64,000 nt of DNA from an uncultured Gemmatimonadales bacterium. GTDB taxonomy: Bacteria; Gemmatimonadota; Gemmatimonadetes; Gemmatimonadales; GWC2-71-9. The DNA lies in NCBI GenBank assembly GCA_963739455.1, contig CAVUAK010000001.1, forward strand, positions 384,001 to 448,000. Reading direction: 5' to 3'. Positions 58,892-64,000 of this stretch are shown here, in pieces (the first letter of the stretch is position 1; each line of letters begins with the position of its first letter). The position numbers and the translations under genes are program-made. The notes beneath the pieces are model-generated. The model was given only the letters and a program-made list of their open reading frames with translations, made no database searches and was not told where the DNA came from.

Positions 58892-60384
58892 AGCGGCTGC
58901 CTCGCGGGGCGGGGCGGGAAGTCCGCACGGCGGTGGCTGCCCTGGCTCTCGCGCCGGCCGCGCGCCGACTTCGTGATGAGCTGCGCTACGCTCAGCTGGC
59001 GATGCGTGCGCCATGCAGTATCGGGCGTCGACTTCTGCAGTCGCGCCAGCCCCGCCTCGGCATCGGCCAGGCTGGCCTCGGTGCGCACCACGCCGACACC
59101 GCGCGTCATGATCTCCCGCATCTCCTGTCGGACACTGTCGAATGCCGTGTCGGCGCCGGTATCGGCGTCGGCGTCCATGGTCGCGATGTGCTCCGGGATC
59201 CGCGCGCTTCCCTGCTCGCTCGACACCTCCCGCGCCACACGGTCGGAGAAGACCAGACCCTCGAGGAGTGAATTGGACGCGAGGCGGTTGGCACCATGCA
59301 CGCCGGTGCACGCGACTTCACCGGCCGCCCAGAGCCCGGCACGGGAGGTGTGGCCGTCGAGGTCGGTGCTCACCCCACCCATGGCGTAGTGCAGGGCCGT
59401 GGCTACCGGCAACAGGTCGCGAGCGGGGTCGAGTCCCGCGCCACGCAGCATCGAATGAATGCCGGGAAACTGTGTCGCGAAATCGGAGAGGCCGCGCGCA
59501 TCGAGGAAGGCACCGCCGGCGGCATCCGCCTCGGCCACCGCCCGGGCTACGACATCACGCGGGCCCAGTTCGCCGCGCGCGTCATCATCGAGGGTGAAGC
59601 GGCGCCCGGTCGCGTCAACCAGCAATGCGCCGGCGCCCCGTACCGCCTCCGAGATGAGCGGGGCCGGGTTGACGCCGGAAAGCTTGAGTGCCGTCGGGTG
59701 GAACTGGAGGAACTCGAGGTCACGCAGTTCCGCTCCCACCTCATGGGCGAGCGCCCAGCCGTCGCCGGTGGCGCCGAGCGGGTTGGTGGTGACCGAGAAC
59801 AGCTGGCCCACACCCCCGGTGGCGAGCACGACAGCAGACGCCGGGATGCCGTGCGGACGACCCGCGCCGTCGAGCACGATGGCGCCCACGACACGATCAC
59901 CCTCACGCACCAGCCTCCGCACTTCGGCGTGCTCGAACAACCGGATCTGCGGCAGGTGGCGCACCACCGCGGTCAGGCAGCGCACCAGCATGGCGCCGGT
60001 ACGGTCGCCGTCGGCGTGGAGAATACGCGCACGCGTGTGCGCTGCCTCGAGGCCGAAGCGGAGCCGCCCGTCCGCGGCGCGGTCGAACGCGGCGCCGAGT
60101 GCGAGGAGCTCCCGGATCCGCTCCGGACCTTCGGTGACGAGGATGTCGACGGCTTCAGGATCGGACAGCCCATCGCCGGCGGCGAGGGTGTCCTTCGCAT
60201 GCTGTGCAGGGGAGTCGCCGGGCCCGATCGCGACGGCAATGCCGCCCTGGGCCCAGGCGGTGGCGCTGTCCGAGAGCGTGCCCTTGGTAAGGAGCAGCGC
60301 CTCGCGGCCTTCGCTCGCCAGGCGCCAAGCGGCCCAGAGTCCGGCTACGCCGGCGCCAACAATGAGGGGTACGGGCTTGGACAT
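58888..60384 (-). CDS. nadB: L-aspartate oxidase
   Basis: GAGVAG, WAQGGI, LATGG, QFHPT, ISEAVRG, HYAMGG and GVHGANRLASNSLLE. Confidence 0.96.
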   Translation of the reverse strand: MSKPVPLIVGAGVAGLWAAWRLASEGREALLLTKGTLSDSATAWAQGGIAVAIGPGDSPAQHAKDTLAAGDGLSDPEAVDILVTEGPERIRELLALGAAFDRAADGRLRFGLEAAHTRARILHADGDRTGAMLVRCLTAVVRHLPQIRLFEHAEVRRLVREGDRVVGAIVLDGAGRPHGIPASAVVLATGGVGQLFSVTTNPLGATGDGWALAHEVGAELRDLEFLQFHPTALKLSGVNPAPLISEAVRGAGALLVDATGRRFTLDDDARGELGPRDVVARAVAEADAAGGAFLDARGLSDFATQFPGIHSMLRGAGLDPARDLLPVATALHYAMGGVSTDLDGHTSRAGLWAAGEVACTGVHGANRLASNSLLEGLVFSDRVAREVSSEQGSARIPEHIATMDADADTGADTAFDSVRQEMREIMTRGVGVVRTEASLADAEAGLARLQKSTPDTAWRTHRQLSVAQLITKSARGRRESQGSHRRADFPPRPARQPL

Positions 60385-60421
60385 CGGCTGGAATATAGGT
60401 GGCCGGGGCGGCACACCTGTG

Positions 60422-62027
60422 TCAGCCGGTAGTCTCCGGCCGGCGACGGTGCCGGCGCTCCGACAACCAGATGAGCCAGGCCGCCACCGCGGCGGCAACG
60501 AACCACCACACCAGCGACGCGCCGGGACGCTGCAGTGGCAGCCTGAACCGGGCATCGCCCACCAGCTCGAACGCGCCCCACGCCGATGGCCCGAGGCCAT
60601 CCCGCAGCAGCCGCAGCTTCGCCTCCCGCACCGCCGCACCTATGGCCATCCCCTCGGCGAGCGATTCGTACAGCGCGAGCACGTACCGGTCGGCCGCCGT
60701 GGTGGCGGAACCCCAGGAGCAGCGCACCACCGATCGCGCGCCAGCCTGGAACAGCGCCCGGGCCATTGCGGGCGCCGGTGGGCCCTGCAGGTCGGGCTCG
60801 TGGCGCAGGGGGCAGCCGGCAAGCAGCACCAGGGTGGGGCCCAGATCGCAGCTGGCCGAGCTCGTCGACGTCGAGCAGCCCATCCTCGCCGGGACTCGAC
60901 ACCATCTCCAGTGCGTCGCCCCCGTCGGCAATGCCCGTGGTCCGCATCGGTACGGCGAGGTGCACCGTGCCGGCACTCCGCAGGTCGGCGGTGCGAAGAA
61001 CAGCCTCGGTCGCGGCATGGGCCAGGTGCGCCTCGCCGCGTCGGGAGTAGCGGCTGATCTCGCGCGCCTGCGCCACCGCCGTCGCACCAGCCGCCCGGCT
61101 GCCCTCGCCGGAGTAGCCGAACGCGACGATGCGGATGCCGGCGCGAGGCACCGGGTTCGCCCACCACACGAGGGCCTGGCCGATGGAGGGCAGTACGCTG
61201 GTCTCGTAGGCCTCGATGAGGCGGCGATTGCTGGGAAGGGGCAGCACGTCGAACGGCAGCGCGCGCAGCGCGCCACCCGGTACGAAGGCGAGGTGCTTGA
61301 TGTCGCGAGGCAGGCGCTCGAGCAAGGGCAGGATCAGTTGCCGCGACAGCGCGTGAGCGTCACGCGGGGCATCCGACCCCCCAGCCAGGGCCATCCACAG
61401 TCGCGCGACCTGGGACGCCAGGGAATCACTCGTGTTGACCGGGACGGCGCGCAGGCCATCGCGAGTCGCGACCAGGAGCATCAGTCGCTGGGCCGATGGG
61501 GACATCACGTACGCCACCAGGGCCGTGCCCTCGGGAACGCGCGACGGATCGAACGCGGTCAGCGTGTCGAACGCCGGTCCGCGCGCGCCCAGGCGTGCCT
61601 CGCGCAGCAACTCGATCTGGAATGCCAGCGCTGGCTGCCCGGCGGTGGCCACGCGCTCCATGAGCTGCATGAGCCGCTCGTCGGAGGCCTCGTCAAACGA
61701 CAGCTCCCAGCCGGCACTGTCCGCCATCAAGCCCATCTCGACCCTGGCCCGGTCAACCATCACGCTCGCCGAGTCAGGCTGGCCCACGACGATGTAGGCC
61801 TCTGCCAGCCGCAGAAGCCGCTCGTGCAGGGCCAGGTGGGAGGTGGCTGGAAGGCCAGCGATCGAGGCGTCGAGCATGGTAATCGCCACCTCGCCATTGC
61901 CCCGGCCAAGGGCGTCCAGCGCCACCTGATACGAGAGCTCCGGATGCGCTACCGCCTCCCGCGCGGTCTGGGCCGATGCGGGTAGCGTTGCAAAAGACAG
62001 GAGGAGAACCGCCAGAAAGGGGCGCAT
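60422..62027 (-). CDS. Secreted, membrane-anchored CHAT-domain protein (frameshift near 60850)
   Basis: Signal peptide, VPGGALRALPFDVL, ATE, DGLL, LVLLAGC, AGARSV, WGAF and a C-terminal TM helix. Confidence 0.8.
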
Positions 62028-62080
62028 CAGGGGAGGAAGGGGCAAGACCTGCACCTCCCTCCCCGGCGCCCCGGGGAACG

Positions 62081-63047
62081 TCAGGAACTGCGGAGCTTCT
62101 TGACCTCTTCGGTGAGCCGCGGGAGGACCTCGAACAGGTCGCCGACGATGCCGTAGTCGGCCACCTTGAAGATCGGTGCGTCCTTGTCGCGGTTGATCGC
62201 CACGATGGTGCGGGCCGTACGCATGCCGGCCAGGTGCTGGATGGCGCCCGAGATGCCCACGGCGATGTAAAGCTGGGGACTGACCGTCTTGCCCGTCTGG
62301 CCCACCTGCTCGCCATGATCGCGCCAGCCAGCATCCACGACAGCCCGGCTCGCACCGACGGCAGCATTCCCGAACGCCGCCGCGAGGTCCTCGAGCAGCT
62401 TGAAGTTCGCCGGCTCCTTGAGGCCACGGCCACCGGAAATGACGACCGACGCCTCGGTGACGTCGAGCACGGCAGCATCGGGCTTCTTGACGCCCTTCGA
62501 CACCGCGCGCGCGGTGAACGCCGGCACCGCCAGGGCGGAAACGGATCCCGCCTTGCCGCTCTCGACCGGATGGAAGGTGTTCGGGCGAACCGACACGACC
62601 GCCGTCTTGCCCGGTGAGCTTGCCGTGCTGCAGCACCTTGCCGGCATAGATCGGGCGAGTGACCGTCACGGCACTGCCATCGACGCCGAGTGCGGTGACA
62701 TCGGTGGCGCAGGAGACGCCGAGCCGCGCCGCGACTCGTGGCGCCAGGTCACGACCCATCGCGGTAGCCGCAAAGCACGATCGCACCGTACCCGGCGCCG
62801 ATCGACGCAATGGTGGCCGACGCGCCATCGGGCGAGTAGAGCGCGAAATCGGCGTGCGTTCCGTGCAGCACCTGGTCGGCGCCGAAGCCGCCGAGCTGGT
62901 CCATGCCGGCAACGCCGCCAGCGCCGAGCACGACGGCGTCAACGCTGCCGCCCGACAGGTCGGCAAGGCGCGCGCCGCGGCGATCACTTCGTGCGACACC
63001 TTCCGGAGCGCGCCATCGCGCTGCTCGGTAACCGCGAGAACCTTCAT
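62081..63047 (-). CDS. etfA: Electron transfer flavoprotein alpha subunit (about 3 frameshifts)
   Basis: [41 protein letters not shown] and [12 protein letters not shown]. Confidence 0.93.
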
Positions 63048-63794
63048 AGGACCTTGGCCTCATTGCGCAGCAGCGCGAGCAGGGCAGGAACGGCGTCGGC
63101 GCCCTCGCCCACGATGCGCCCGGCCTGTCGCTCGGCGGGGAGTTCGAGGCTGGTGATCTCGAACGACGCAGCGTCGAGCGTGACCGGCTTCACGTCGAGC
63201 GGCTTCTTCTTCGCGGCCATGATGCCCTTGAGCGACGGCAGGCGCGGATTGTTGAGCCCCTTGTCGCAGGTGACCACGGCGGGAAGCGAGCAACCCATTA
63301 CTTCGACACCACCCTCGATCTCGCGCTCCGCCTCGATCGTGGTTCCGCTCAGCGTCATCTTCGCGGCGGCCGAGATGCAGGGCAGCCCGAGCAGTTCCGC
63401 GACCATGACACCGACCTGATGGTTGTAGTCGTCCACCGAGAGCTTGCCGAACAGGATGAGGTCGTACGCCCCTGCCCTGAGCTCTGCAGCAAGGGACGCG
63501 CGCGACCGACAGGCCGTCGGCAGAGCCCGGCGACTGCAGCAGCACGGCCCGATCGATTCCCATGGCCAGGGCGGTCCGCAGCGTCTCCTGGGACGTGTCG
63601 GTCCCGAGGGCAATCACGGTGGTCTCGCCGGAACCGGCCTGCTCCTTGAGGGCGATCGCCGCCTCGAGGGCAAACTCGTCATAGGGATTCGGGACGAACT
63701 TGACCCCCGCCTCGTCGATGGCGGTCTTGGACGCCCCGATCACGATCTTGGCGGTGGTGTCGGGCACCCGCTTGAGGCACACTGCGATCTTCAC
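63044..63794 (-). CDS. etfB: Electron transfer flavoprotein beta subunit (frameshift near 63500)
   Basis: KIAVCLKRVPD, NPYDEFALE, ALAMG, REIEGG and PRLPSLKGIMAAKKK. Confidence 0.93.
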
Positions 63795-63891
63795 TGCACG
63801 CTCCGGCCTTGGTGTGTAGCTGCTACCCCTATGAGCGGCGCAAAGGTACATGCCCCCGGATGGGGGCGCTAGGGAGATTATCCGGTTGCCA

Positions 63892-63916
63892 TAACTCATT
63901 ATATGACATGAATTTA
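63892..63916 (-). promoter_or_regulatory. AT-rich element upstream of etfB containing TATAAT
   Basis: TATAAT on the minus strand (63898-63903) inside the palindrome TCAT-N3-ATGA and the spaced element TAACT-N15-ATTTA. Confidence 0.45.
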
Positions 63917-63923
63917 ACAAGAC

Positions 63924-63949
63924 AGGGGCGATCCCGAAGGACCGCCCCT
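63924..63949 (-). terminator. Terminator hairpin of an upstream minus-strand gene
   Basis: AGGGGCGGTCC-TTCG-GGATCGCCCCT (UUCG tetraloop) followed by GTCTTGTT. Confidence 0.7.
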
Positions 63950-64000
63950 TTCGCTTGCCGCTTGGCGCCTGCCGCTATGCCTGTCGCAGCAGGTGCTGGT

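Noticed and set aside
60345..63047. 900-aa EtfA-CHAT fusion ORF
   Set aside because: etfA frameshifts put the track into the CHAT frame. etfA ends at 62081 and the CHAT gene has its own signal peptide starting at 62027.
696..63794. Many frameshifts read as pseudogenes or programmed frameshifting
   Set aside because: About 13 genes are affected, including core ones (asd, etfA, etfB, mrp, mobA). All motifs are intact, and I noticed no nonsense substitutions or shared slippery site. Sequencing indels explain this best; short-read polishing would confirm.
63904..63920. Rex operator upstream of etfB
   Set aside because: Only one half-site resembles TTGTGAA, which is too weak.

Overview
High-GC (about 70%) bacterial chromosomal window, probably from Gemmatimonadota. 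That assignment is an inference from gene families such as the transmembrane BTAD-TPR regulators and the kinase architecture. About 13 genes carry single-base frameshifts, including core enzymes, which looks like uncorrected long-read indel error. Housekeeping content: guaB, gpmI, mobA-mobB-moeA, a lysine/DAP operon (M20 peptidase, asd, lysC, dapB, dapA, dapD), nadB-nadA-nadC, etfB-etfA with ETF-QO, Mrp, NifU, NrnA, UbiD and three APC permeases. Most notable observations: (1) three transmembrane SARP/BTAD-TPR regulators, each convergent with a secreted-protein gene; two of those genes share an in-register promoter architecture (spaced palindrome, three GTG repeats at 11 bp period, -10 element); (2) a vanadium-haloperoxidase-like lipoprotein that has lost most catalytic residues; (3) a leaderless 20-aa uORF followed by mutually exclusive hairpins, attenuator-like, ahead of a HAD phosphatase; (4) a yybP-ykoY Mn riboswitch with terminator ahead of htpX-terC; (5) short 7-8 bp tandem arrays recurring at gene boundaries. 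I saw no tRNA, rRNA, CRISPR array, prophage or transposase.
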